A stretch of DNA of 63,184 nucleotides, filler included, from Octopus bimaculoides (lineage: Eukaryota): NCBI RefSeq assembly GCF_001194135.2. It is 9 parts of 9 records of this genome, joined end to end, with 100 filler letters (N's around TTAATTAATTAA, not from the genome) between each part and the next. Parts side by side here need not be neighbours in the genome. Positions count along the whole stretch, not along the records: positions 47,288 to 57,300 come from NC_069000.1; positions 57,401 to 60,600 come from NC_069004.1; positions 60,701 to 63,184 come from NC_068981.1; 6 more parts are not named here. One strand, 5' to 3'. Below, piece after piece: positions 51,614 through 63,184 of the stretch. Both the position numbers and the translations under genes were made by a program. Position 1 is the first letter of the stretch. Each line of letters opens with the position of its first letter. The notes below the pieces were generated by a model, which saw only the letters and a program-made list of their open reading frames with translations, had not been told where the DNA came from and did no database searches.

Positions 51614-52253
51614 AATAGTAGAGAAAGATGTTGCCTGTTAATATTCTATGTGATGCGTCTTGCATGTTTTATACAAAACAACACTATATTGATGGGTTTC
51701 ACTTGTCTTCTGATGATCTCGGATGGAAATACACAGAAACCACAAGGGTATTTATGGTGAACAGCATTTCTAATAAGCGAGAATTTGTCAGAAGGCCTCG
51801 AGGAAAGCGAAACGATCCGCGTTACACGACGGAAATGGTAAAGTTTAGGGGTAAGTGTCTGATTTTTTGGGGATACGTAAAAAGTGATGGTTCAAGAAAG
51901 TTGGCTAAAATTGACAGTAGCTTGAATAGTGCCAAATACATCCAGTTTCTGAAGGATAATTTGATACCAGACTTGGATGGAGGTGAGATTTTTCAGCATG
52001 ACGGAGCTCTATGCTACAGATCACGTGCGACACAACAGAATCTGGCTGATGAAGGTGTTACCGTATTTTGGTGGTCGTATCGCATCTTCCTCTCTCATTC
52101 AGAACTCCTACTACAAAATATAATGATATGGTATGGAAATGACTCCAACAGGGGCAATGTTTCATCTGTATAAAACGCAATGCGAAATATCTACCGGTAA
52201 TTACTAAAAATTTACTGTAGTTCAAAGTGGCCGAAGATTTTTACACGGTACAG
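51614..52253 (+). mobile_element. Tc1-family transposase remnant with right TIR
   Basis: Reads REFVRRPRGKRNDPRY...FWGY...KIDSSLNSAKYIQFLKDNLIP...IFQHDGALCYRS. The right end gtggccgaagatttttacacggtacag is followed by TA. Confidence 0.85.
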
Positions 52254-52384
52254 TATATCAAGAGCTGGGCTCAGCAGTAACCAGCGTAAAATATAATTTT
52301 GATTTAGTTTTCAAGCGATGATCTTCCTCACTAACGAGTGGACAGTCAACAAATATAAGTATACATACTTATGTGTACATACAT

Positions 52385-52438
<54 letters not shown>

Positions 52439-54075
52439 ACGTATAATTTTAAACATCACTCATCGAATATAATTCATTGATATTGAACACTATTGAAACT
52501 ACAAAGTTAATCGAAATTCCACACGGACTTATATTTTTTTCAATTACATATGGAGCATCGTTGTTTATTTGTATGAAAATCAGTGGGATTAAAGTGAGAT
52601 TTGGCTACATCCATATTTTCCTCAAAAGTATTCATAACATACGTTTTCTAAGGGTTAATCTGAAAAAAAGAGAACGTCTACTGTTGACTATTCACAATCT
52701 TCCTGTACAATGAATATATCCTTGCCGAAAGAAACTCATAATATTTTCCTCGAATTTTGGATATTTCTATGTTTATTTTTAGTTTATTATTTAATAGTAA
52801 ATTTGATACAAAATACTTATAGCAAAATACTATTCTAATTTAGCTGACCTAACTTATACGTTTTGTAACTTGATATCACAATAATGAAAGCCAGCTTCCA
52901 GCTTTATATAAGCAAGACAGTGAAAAGCTTTTCACCTGGCGTTACGCGCCATTATTGTCGCCAATAGAAAATATATAATACAATTTTATAAAATGTCAGT
53001 TAAGTTATTTTCCATCCTTTTAAATCGTGATTGATTCTGAATATTACTTATGGATGACCTCAGAGATATGTGCATGTATGAATATACGTATGTATGTATG
53101 AGTGTGTGAGAGTGTATATATGTATATATAAGTATGTATGTGTATACATTGGTTATATAAACACATATAATATATATATATATATAAATAAATAAATAAA
53201 TAAATAANNNNNNNNNNNNNNNNNNNNNNNNNNNNNNNNNNNNNNNNNNNNNNNNNNNNNNNNNNNNNNNNNNNNNNNNNNNNNNNNNNNNNNNNNNNNN
53301 NNNNNNNNNNNNNNNNNNNNNNNNNNNNNNNNNNNNNNNNNNNNNNNNNNNNNNNNNNNNNNNNNNNNNNNNNNNNNNNNNNNNNNNNNNNNNNNNNNNN
53401 NNNNNNNNNNNNNNNNNNNNNNNNNNNNNNNNNNNNNNNNNNNNNNNNNNNNNNNNNNNNNNNNNNNNNNNNNNNNNNNNNNNNNNNNNNNNNNNNNNNN
53501 NNNNNNNNNNNNNNNNNNNNNNNNNNNNNNNNNNNNNNNNNNNNNNNNNNNNNNNNNNNNNNNNNNNNNNNNNNNNNNNNNNNNNNNNNNNNNNNNNNNN
53601 NNNNNNNNNNNNNNNNNNNNNNNNNNNNNNNNNNNNNNNNNNNNNNNNNNNNNNNNNNNNNNNNNNNNNNNNNNNNNNNNNNNNNNNNNNNNNNNNNNNN
53701 NNNNNNNNNNNNNNNNNNNNNNNNNNNNNNNNNNNNNNNNNNNNNNNNNNNNNNNNNNNNNNNNNNNNNNNNNNNNNNNNNNNNNNNNNNNNNNNNNNNN
53801 NNNNNNNNNNNNNNNNNNNNNNNNNNNNNNNNNNNNNNNNNNNNNNNNNNATATATATATGAATATATATATGTTTTTTTGTTTTTGTTTACACACACAC
53901 ACAATAAATGAGTGAATACCAAAGTGCAAGCATGGCCGTTGGTTAAGAAGCTCACCCGACAAGCATGTGCTTTTACGATGATTCCCACTGAGCGGCAGCT
54001 GGAGCGAGTGTCTCCTAAAATAGCCCCCGAACCAACCGTTGGTAAACAAATTATGTGAAAGCCCGTCGTATATAT

Positions 54076-54122
<47 letters not shown>

Positions 54123-54249
54123 TACGAAAAGCAAATTCGCACACAATTATGTGAGTGTGCAATACAAAAATATAAAGAATACACACACACACACACAGAC
54201 AGACATACACTTTCACACACAGCGTACAAATGCACGATGTAAGCTTATA

Positions 54250-54582
54250 CATTTAAATTACAATTTATAAAGATCTCCATCGGTCCCGAATGACCATGGA
54301 ATTGCACTTGTTTCACTCCGAAGAACAAATCTTGAGTTAGATTGTGTGTGGAAGAACAGTCTCCCCTCTACACGCCACCGATGTATCGGAAAAAGGCTGC
54401 TACAGCTTGGCACCAGTAACGTCGTAACTTATTTCTACAGGTAAGTGAACTGGTGTAACGTGAAATAAAGTGTCCCACTCAAGAACACAATACGACCCGC
54501 TGTGGGGATAGAACTCACAACGTCACGATTGTAATGCTAATGCTCCACCCACTGACCTATGCGCCTTCACGCATACAGCTAC
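54250..54582 (-). mobile_element. tRNA-derived SINE, family D (diverged)
   Basis: Minus strand gtgaaggcgcataggtcagtgg...gtgagttctatcccc, followed by gtgttcttgagtgggacactttatttcacgtt. Confidence 0.65.
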
Positions 54583-54736
54583 CATCCCACCACACACGTG
54601 CATGTGCGTGTGTATGTATTGTTTGCAATTGGAAGAAGTTAAAAAGTGACTCAAGTATGGAGAGTTTCGTGAATAGCCTTCAACAGCTGATACTATATAC
54701 CCACTCACGTATTGAGTACTATATAATGCTTCTTCT

Positions 54737-55118
54737 GCGGAGGCGCAATGGCCCAGTGGTTAGGGCAGCGAACTCGCGGTCATAGGATCGCGGTTTCGAT
54801 TCCCAGACCGGGCGTTGTGAGTGTTTATTGAGCGAAAACACATAAAGCTCCACGAGGACCCGGCAGGGGATGGTGGTGAACCCTGCTGTACTCTTTCACC
54901 ACAACTTTCTCTCACTCTTACTTCCTGTTTCTGTTGTGCCTGTAATTCAAAGGGTCAGCCTTGTCACACTGTGTCACGCTGAATATCCACGAGAACTACG
55001 TTAAGGGTACACGTGTCTCTGGAGTGCTCAAACATTTGCACGTTAATTTCACGAGCAGGCTGTTCCGTTGATCAGATCAACTGGAACCCTCGACGTCGTA
55101 AGCGACGGAGTGCCAACA
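54737..55118 (+). mobile_element. Full-length tRNA-derived SINE, family B, with target-site duplication
   Basis: A-box-like TGGCCCAGTGG and B-box-like GGTTTCGATTCCC. TSD aatgcttcttct (54725-54736) / aatacttcttct (55119-55130), 1 mismatch. Confidence 0.92.
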
Positions 55119-56011
55119 AATACTTCTTCTATCAAAGCTATGAAGAAATATATATGTATTCATAGAAATCAAAAACATATACACAATGCAAAAATATATC
55201 TCAAAAATATAAAAATAAATATATTTACTATATGTACATGATATATATATATATGTGTATATATGTATATATATATATATATCTATATATATGTATGGAA
55301 ACTTTACGAAAATATACTTAGATAAATATAACCGATAAAGAAATTTATGCAATACATAAATACATGCATATCTCATAAAATTACGGATTATATATATTTA
55401 CGCAATATACAAATTTATCCAATACATCATTCACTCACCCCGCTGCCCTTCTCTCTCCACAACTGTCGATCGTTAACGACCATAACAACCCTCTTAGTTA
55501 TTCAATCACTGCCCTCCAGACATCTCTTTCAAAGAATGGGTGTACATAATCATAAAGGCTACTTGCAAGTTGTCTTTTTGATTATTTTTTAAGCGCTGTT
55601 ATCTTTGGCAATTTACTTGCGACATTTTCTGTTGGAACCGCAGCCGTGTCATAATGTAAAGATATGCTGATGGCTGGTGTGTGTATGTATGTTTGTGTGT
55701 GTGTGTGTGTGTGTATTGTGGGCCTTTATGCTTGCTGAAAAATAATGGGGTTTTCAAGCAAATATTCGCCCTCATGATTGCGGTGTGTCATGGTATACTT
55801 TTGTGGGGGTTGTGTCCCCTGGTCTTCGGGTCTAACGATTATCTATCTATTCCCTTAATATACAATCAATGTCTACAAAGAACAGGTGAAGAATACAAAC
55901 ATACAAGCATACATAAACATACACTGTCACACGCACACACGTATACACACACACAAACCACAAGCATATATAATTACGTATATACATGCATGCATACATA
56001 CATACATGCAT

Positions 56012-56044
<33 letters not shown>

Positions 56045-56822
56045 NNNNNNNNNNNNNNNNNNNNNNNNNNNNNNNNNNNNNNNNNNNNNNNNNNNNNNNN
56101 NNNNNNNNNNNNNNNNNNNNNNNNNNNNNNNNNNNNNNNNNNNNNNNNNNNNNNNNNNNNNNNNNNNNNNNNNNNNNNNNNNNNNNNNNNNNNNNNNNNN
56201 NNNNNNNNNNNNNNNNNNNNNNNNNNNNNNNNNNNNNNNNNNNNNNNNNNNNNNNNNNNNNNATATACAAACATCCACATATATATATATACACACATAT
56301 ATATATGTATGTATATACGCCTGTATGTATGTACATACATACATACATACACACACACTCACACACATACACATGTATATATATACATTCACACGTGCAT
56401 ACACATATGTGTGTATGTATGGATTTATATAATGCACTAGACACTAGACAAAAGCACCAATATATATATATCTATGTGTGTGTGTATAAATACGGCATGT
56501 ACACATACCCACCCATACACACGAACACACACACCAAACACACACACACGGACACACACACAGACACACTCACACAGACAGAGACACAGGCACACTGACA
56601 TACACACTCATATATATGTATGTAAATATATGTATATCTATGTATATATAGATATGAATGTAGATATATGTACATATGTATGTATTTATAGATATGATTA
56701 TATGTATATGTATATATGAATGTATATATATATATAGATGTATATGTATATATAGATATATACATATATGTATATATATTATACATTTATATATATACAC
56801 ACACACGCACTTATATATATAT

Positions 56823-56867
<45 letters not shown>

Positions 56868-57255
56868 TACATATATATATATAGGTATTAATGTATGTAT
56901 ATGTATGTTTATACAAGTATGAATGTATATATAAGCATACATCGAAAATAAATAGATAATAAAAGGCAAATAAAGTGCTACGACAAAAGGAATAAAAGAG
57001 TAACAAAAGCCTAAACGTATCAAGATATCTCGTATATCACTCATAAAGAGCAGAGTGGTATACGATTATTAGTGAATTATACCATACAAGTTTTTGATTC
57101 AACAAATCGATAGCAAACAACTCAAAGTTGAAGAGGACAGATATTTTTATAACAAGACACCATAGGGTATAATAACATGTATATAATATGTTGGTTGGTT
57201 TGTATATAGATATATAGGATCTATCTATCTATATATGTATACACACCCTACACGA

Positions 57256-57300
<45 letters not shown>

Positions 57301-57458
57301 NNNNNNNNNNNNNNNNNNNNNNNNNNNNNNNNNNNNNNNNNNNNTTAATTAATTAANNNNNNNNNNNNNNNNNNNNNNNNNNNNNNNNNNNNNNNNNNNN
57401 CCGGAAAACTGGGCCCATGACCCTGGCTAGGCTTTGAAACGGCGACGCTTATCGTATA

Positions 57459-57492
<34 letters not shown>

Positions 57493-58334
57493 TATACATA
57501 TAAACTTTGCCCACCTAACAAAAATTGCGCCATATCGCATTAAAGAAACAGCCAATGTATTTATTGCCCTAATTTTGTTTTTTTCCACTATGTCTGCTTC
57601 CCATAATGAACTTGGCCCTTCTGAGTTATTCTCGCCTAAAGATTTCCTTCATTTTCCTTCCCTTGATTATGTCGTATTCTAAAACCCCCAGTTATCTATA
57701 TCCATTAGTCTCAATATCCATGATTTTCTCACCTCTTTGTATTGCATGCCACTGAAAAAGCTTCTGACCACATAGAGAATGTGATTGAATCCGCAGAATG
57801 GGATTAAATCCGAATGAACAGGGTTCGAAAGCGAGCGCCTTAACTAAACAGCCATACCTGCGTTTAAATAGGGGGAAAATAAATAAATGAATAAATGAAA
57901 TAAGTAAATAAATAAATAAATCCTGCTGGAACTTGCTCGCCACGAAAGAACAATTCTATAATAGAAAATATAGACAGAAGTTTGCTTATTTATTAAGTAG
58001 AATATAGCTCTATGTATTGTAGAATAAAATAGAAGAGGGATGCTAAGATTTATATGTGTAGGAGGAACTTTTACAATGAAGTATAGCTTTAGAACGTTCA
58101 CCGTTTATTTTCTGTGATAGCCTGAAGGATGGGGTGTATCGATAAAATATCTCACGAATATATGCACAAAAGTACTAACTCAATATAAGTATACGTATAC
58201 ATACACTTACACACTAAAAGCACACACATATATATATTAATATATATACATATATATGTGTGTGTATGTAAGCATGTGTATGCATACAAACTCAACAAGC
58301 ACATATATTTGCATATGCCTGCACATGTACATAG

Positions 58335-58402
<68 letters not shown>

Positions 58403-59624
58403 NNNNNNNNNNNNNNNNNNNNNNNNNNNNNNNNNNNNNNNNNNNNNNNNNNNNNNNNNNNNNNNNNNNNNNNNNNNNNNNNNNNNNNNNNNNNNNNNNN
58501 NNNNNNNNNNNNNNNNNNNNNNNNNNNNNNNNNNNNNNNNNNNNNNNNNNNNNNNNNNNNNNNNNNNNNNNNNNNNNNNNNNNNNNNNNNNNNNNNNNNN
58601 NNNNNNNNNNNNNNNNNNNNNNNNNNNNNNNNNNNNNNNNNNNNNNNNNNNNNNNNNNNNNNNNNNNNNNNNNNNNNNNNNNNNNNNNNNNNNNNNNNNN
58701 NNNNNNNNNNNNNNNNNNNNNNNNNNNNNNNNNNNNNNNNNNNNNNNNNNNNNNNNNNNNNNNNNNNNNNNNNNNNNNNNNNNNNNNNNNNNNNNNNNNN
58801 NNNNNNNNNNNNNNNNNNNNNNNNNNNNNNNNNNNNNNNNNNNNNNNNNNNNNNNNNNNNNNNNNNNNNNNNNNNNNNNNNNNNNNNNNNNNNNNNNNNN
58901 NNNNNNNNNNNNNNNNNNNNNNNNNNNNNNNNNNNNNNNNNNNNNNNNNNNNNNNNNNNNNNNNNNNNNNNNNNNNNNNNNNNNNNNNNNNNNNNNNNNN
59001 NNNNNNNNNNNNNNNNNNNNNNNNNNNNNNNNNNNNNNNNNNNNNNNNNNNNNNNNNNNNNNNNNNNNNNNNNNNNNNNNNNNNNNNNNNNNNNNNNNNN
59101 NNNNNNNNNNNNNNNNNNNNNNNNNNNNNNNNNNNNNNNNNNNNNNNNNNNNNNNNNNNNNNNNNNNNNNNNNNNNNNNNNNAAAAAACTACATTTCTGA
59201 ACATACAAAGAGAAACCGTAGAATCAATCGCGGAAGAATCTATGGCTCTATATTCACTTCACTTGCCAGAAATCACAGCCAAAATTTTCATTTATATCAA
59301 ACTGTATGATTTCAAAAGAAAAAGAGACTTGTTGAATAATGTAGGACTAAATATTATTAAGAAGACAGCGCGCGAGTGAGATCGTTAGCACGTCAGGCAA
59401 ATTACTTTCCGGTATTCAATAATTAGAGATGCTGTTGTAAAACTTTCAGCCTTCTACATTCGCTAAAATATACCAGGCCTTTACAATACACCGGAATTGA
59501 TTACTTTGTTGCTACTGTATTCGTCAAAGACACCACACGGTCTTTTAAAATGTGAATTGCTAATGGCCTGTGACGAAAATCTCTATTCTTCTCTAGTGCA
59601 AATTGTGGCCTACCTTGGAGTCTC

Positions 59625-60241
59625 ATGTGATGGTACAGGATCTTGTTGAAAGACATAAAGCCTTCCATTGCATACACTGTTGATCCAGGACCTCAATATA
59701 CGCACCAATATACATCCTAAGGCCTTGTGGAAAAACGTAAGGAGGCAACACATGTCCTTCAATGATAACAACACTTAAAACGATGATATTTGCAGGAAAT
59801 TTTGTGTGCATTACATTTAGAACATCAGGAGAGTCTGCACGTAGAGATGTGTCATTTCTTCTCGTAGTTATTTTACAATTCACTTCATTGATATTCGTAG
59901 AATGCCTTCAAGGTTTTGCTTAACTTACTGAATAAATTCAGATGTCCTGAGAGAATCCGAACATTTGGAATGTTTTGTATGTTTTGATACAGGTAACACG
60001 CTTCAGTCGTCTTCCTCTCACTCACACCGAATCGTGTTGAAAGAAGATCTTGTAACTTTCAGAAAACGAGACATTTTTAAAACATCATGTTTAGCCTCCA
60101 AAGCCACAATCACAGCATGCCTTTTCATTTCACTACTAAACATAGAGCCTGTCAATGTTATTTTCTGAAATAAAAGTTCAATAAAAGTTAGTCAAATGAA
60201 AAAGAAACTAAAAATAAATGGATCGTCAAATACCGTCCGCA

Positions 60242-60246
<5 letters not shown>
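59625..60246 (-). mobile_element. Second, internally deleted maT/DD37D-type transposon
   Basis: TIR start CAGGGTGCG at 60246. EMKRHAVIV matches the 34.9-kb copy, followed by VMHTKFPANIIVLSVVIIEGHVLPPYVFPQGLR. Confidence 0.85.
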
Positions 60247-60311
<65 letters not shown>

Positions 60312-61462
60312 GTATATATGCATATATGTATATATACACACATATATAGGTATACATACACATATATACGTATACATATATGCATATATCTATATATATA
60401 CACATATATGCATACATATACATATATATACATATATATGCATATACAAATATATATATACATATAAATATATACATACACATATATACATATACATATA
60501 TATATATACATATATATACACACATATATATATATATATATACATATATACATATATATATATACATATATATACATACATATATATACATATATATATA
60601 NNNNNNNNNNNNNNNNNNNNNNNNNNNNNNNNNNNNNNNNNNNNTTAATTAATTAANNNNNNNNNNNNNNNNNNNNNNNNNNNNNNNNNNNNNNNNNNNN
60701 TATATATATATTACAGTCATGCTACAGGCTTCTTTCAGTTTCTGTCAACAAAATCTACCCACAAGACTGGTTGACTTGGGGCTATAGTAGAAGATACTTC
60801 CCCAAGGTGCTGTGCCATGCAACCAAAGCCATGTTGTTGGGAAGCAAACTTCTGACCACAAAGCCTCACATGCACCTATCATCTTAAAACATCGATTTAT
60901 GTAATCCTAGAGAGAAAACGGTAGGATGGGCATGACTGGAACTGAGACACCTTTGATCATGTAACCTTCTATGTTAGGGCTGACCTGGGTCTAAGCATCA
61001 GAGAATTACTGTTAAATTCCCTGTCCAAATACATGATAAAACCACAACACCTCATCAATCTAACCTTTGTTACTCACCTATAATCGTTATATTCAGACAC
61101 ATAACATACTTTAATGTTACAGCAAGAGCGTATTCATCTGCATCGTTGCTTCCATCAGATAAATAGCAAATTATTCCAACAAATGGAGACATCCACTTTA
61201 TGTTTGTGCAAAATAAACAAGAAAGAATTTCGGAAATATTAGGAACAAATTATTAAATTTGATGAAAGTTCAAAGATTTGTGTTTTCGAAAGTTATGCTA
61301 TTCCCCTCCACTAACAAAAGCTTCTAAACACAAAAATAATATAAACAATGAAGAGTGGATGGGTGGGAGGAGGAGTAAATGATGCTCAGTTAAGTTTCCA
61401 TAACAACACTTTAAAGCTTGTTATTTCTCCAACGCTATTTCTAATTTGTGTGTTTCAGAGTG

Positions 61463-61515
<53 letters not shown>

Positions 61516-62191
61516 CATATATATACACATACATACATATATATACACATACATACATATATATACACATACANNNNNNNNNNNNNNNNNNNNNNNNNNN
61601 NNNNNNNNNNNNNNNNNNNNNNNNNNNNNNNNNNNNNNNNNNNNNNNNNNNNNNNNNNNNNNNNNNNNNNNNNNNNNNNNNNNNNNNNNNNNNNNNNNNN
61701 NNNNNNNNNNNNNNNNNNNNNNNNNNNNNNNNNNNNNNNNNNNNNNNNNNNNNNNNNNNNNNNNNNNNNNNNNNNNNNNNNNNNNNNNNNNNNNNNNNNN
61801 NNNNNNNNNNNNNNNNNNNNNNNNNNNNNNNNNNNNNNNNNNNNNNNNNNNNNNNNNNNNNNNNNNNNNNNNNNNNNNNNNNNNNNNNNNNNNNNNNNNN
61901 NNNNNNNNNNNNNNNNNNNNNNNNNNNNNNNNNNNNNNNNNNNNNNNNNNNNNNNNNNNNNNNNNNNNNNNNNNNNNNNNNNNNNNNNNNNNNNNNNNNN
62001 NNNNNNNNNNNNNNNNNNNNNNNNNNNNNNNNNNNNNNNNNNNNNNNNNNNNNNNNNNNNNNNNNNNNNNNNNNNNNNNNNNNNNNNNNNNNNNNNNNNN
62101 NNNNNNNNNNNNNNNNNNNNNNNNNNNNNNNNNNNNNNNNNNNNNNNNNNNNNNNNNNNNNNNNNNNNNNNNNNNNNNNNNNNNNNNNNNN

Positions 62192-62246
<55 letters not shown>

Positions 62247-62554
62247 TATACACACACACACACACACACTCACTCACACGCACACACACTCACTCACACA
62301 CACACACACACATACACACAATGGATTCTCTCGTTGTGAATGACAAATGTGACTTCAGTAAAATAAAGTGGTAATCATGTTCTATGGTAACAGGTAAGGT
62401 TTTTATTTAGAGGAGCAGCATTTTGCCAGAGTGCCTTCATGCTTTCACAAAGTTGGTCCCAATGCTGGAGTCAACTTTGCTCAAATCTTTGAACTGCAGA
62501 AAAGCAGGACTGATGCCAGATCTTGAATTCTAATTCTTTGTTTTTCTGGGAAGA

Positions 62555-62835
62555 AAAGGGAATGTTGCTTTACTTCAGATTCTCTTTTAGTTTGTCTTTG
62601 AAGAGCAAGAGTGGCCTTCCAACTGACCATCCTGTTGAGAACTGGCCAAAGAGAAGTTGCTTTGGAATTCTAATATCACTCATATGTGAGAGATGACCTG
62701 ACCATCTAAGTTGTATTTTGATAAGAATGGCTTCAGTACCTGATATGTTGCATTTTGTTAGCACCTCACTTTAACGAATGTAGTCACTTGACTTCATCAT
62801 CTGACACAAGATCGCCTCCTCCAATGCCCCATCTC
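62555..62835 (-). mobile_element. RTE/BovB-like LINE ORF C-terminal fragment
   Basis: Reads IQLRWSGHLSHMSDIRIPKQLLFGQF...GRPLLLFKDKLKENLK. Confidence 0.8.
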
Positions 62836-62941
62836 CTCTCAAATGATGTTTGTCTTGCAAGTTACTTGGTAACCTGCTACTGCTGGTGCCACATAAAAAG
62901 CATCCAGTCCACACTATAAAGTTGCTTACACTTAGAAGGGC

Positions 62942-62982
<41 letters not shown>

Positions 62983-63184
62983 CATCATCATCATCATCAT
63001 CATCATCATCGTTTAACGTCCGCTTTCCATGCTAGCATGGGTTGGACGATTTGACTGAGGACTGGTGAAACCGGATGGCAACACCAGGCTCCAGTCTGAT
63101 TTGGCAGAGTTTCTACAGCTGGATGCCCTTCCTAACGCCAACCACTCAGAGAGTGTAGTGGGTGCTTTTACGTGTCACCCGCAC

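Noticed and set aside
54737-54810. tRNA-like sequence with A and B boxes (also heads of other SINEs)
   Set aside because: It is followed by a SINE body and tail with a TSD and has no complete cloverleaf, so it is not a tRNA gene.

Overview
Eukaryotic (animal) genomic scaffold. It is AT-rich, full of microsatellites and broken by many N gaps, eight of which carry an artificial TTAATTAATTAA spacer. The repeat content (tRNA-derived SINEs, RTE, Tx1, CR1 and Penelope-like retroelements, Tc1/mariner MITEs) suggests a cephalopod such as Octopus; this is an inference and was not verified. The only host gene I can support is a GAS2-family gene on the minus strand. Four spliced coding pieces (22594-22557, 21802-21681, 19967-19826, 19200-18850) join in frame through canonical GT-AG sites to give a calponin-homology (CH) domain. 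I found no GAR-domain exon in the readable sequence. The rest is mostly decayed transposons and simple repeats, and most entries in the ORF track are microsatellite or N artefacts. The most interesting structures are: (1) a Naiad-type Penelope-like element bracketed by inverted ~245-bp pseudo-LTRs that carry a hammerhead-ribozyme motif, plus two more hammerhead-like motifs in unrelated repeats; (2) a 178-bp GG...CC MITE with an 8-bp target duplication and internal TTAGGG repeats; (3) an RTE LINE with twin-priming-style 5' inversion geometry; (4) an unexplained GC-rich, coding-like island upstream of the GAS2 exons. All alignments and coordinates were read by eye, and TE boundaries are approximate unless TIRs or TSDs are quoted.
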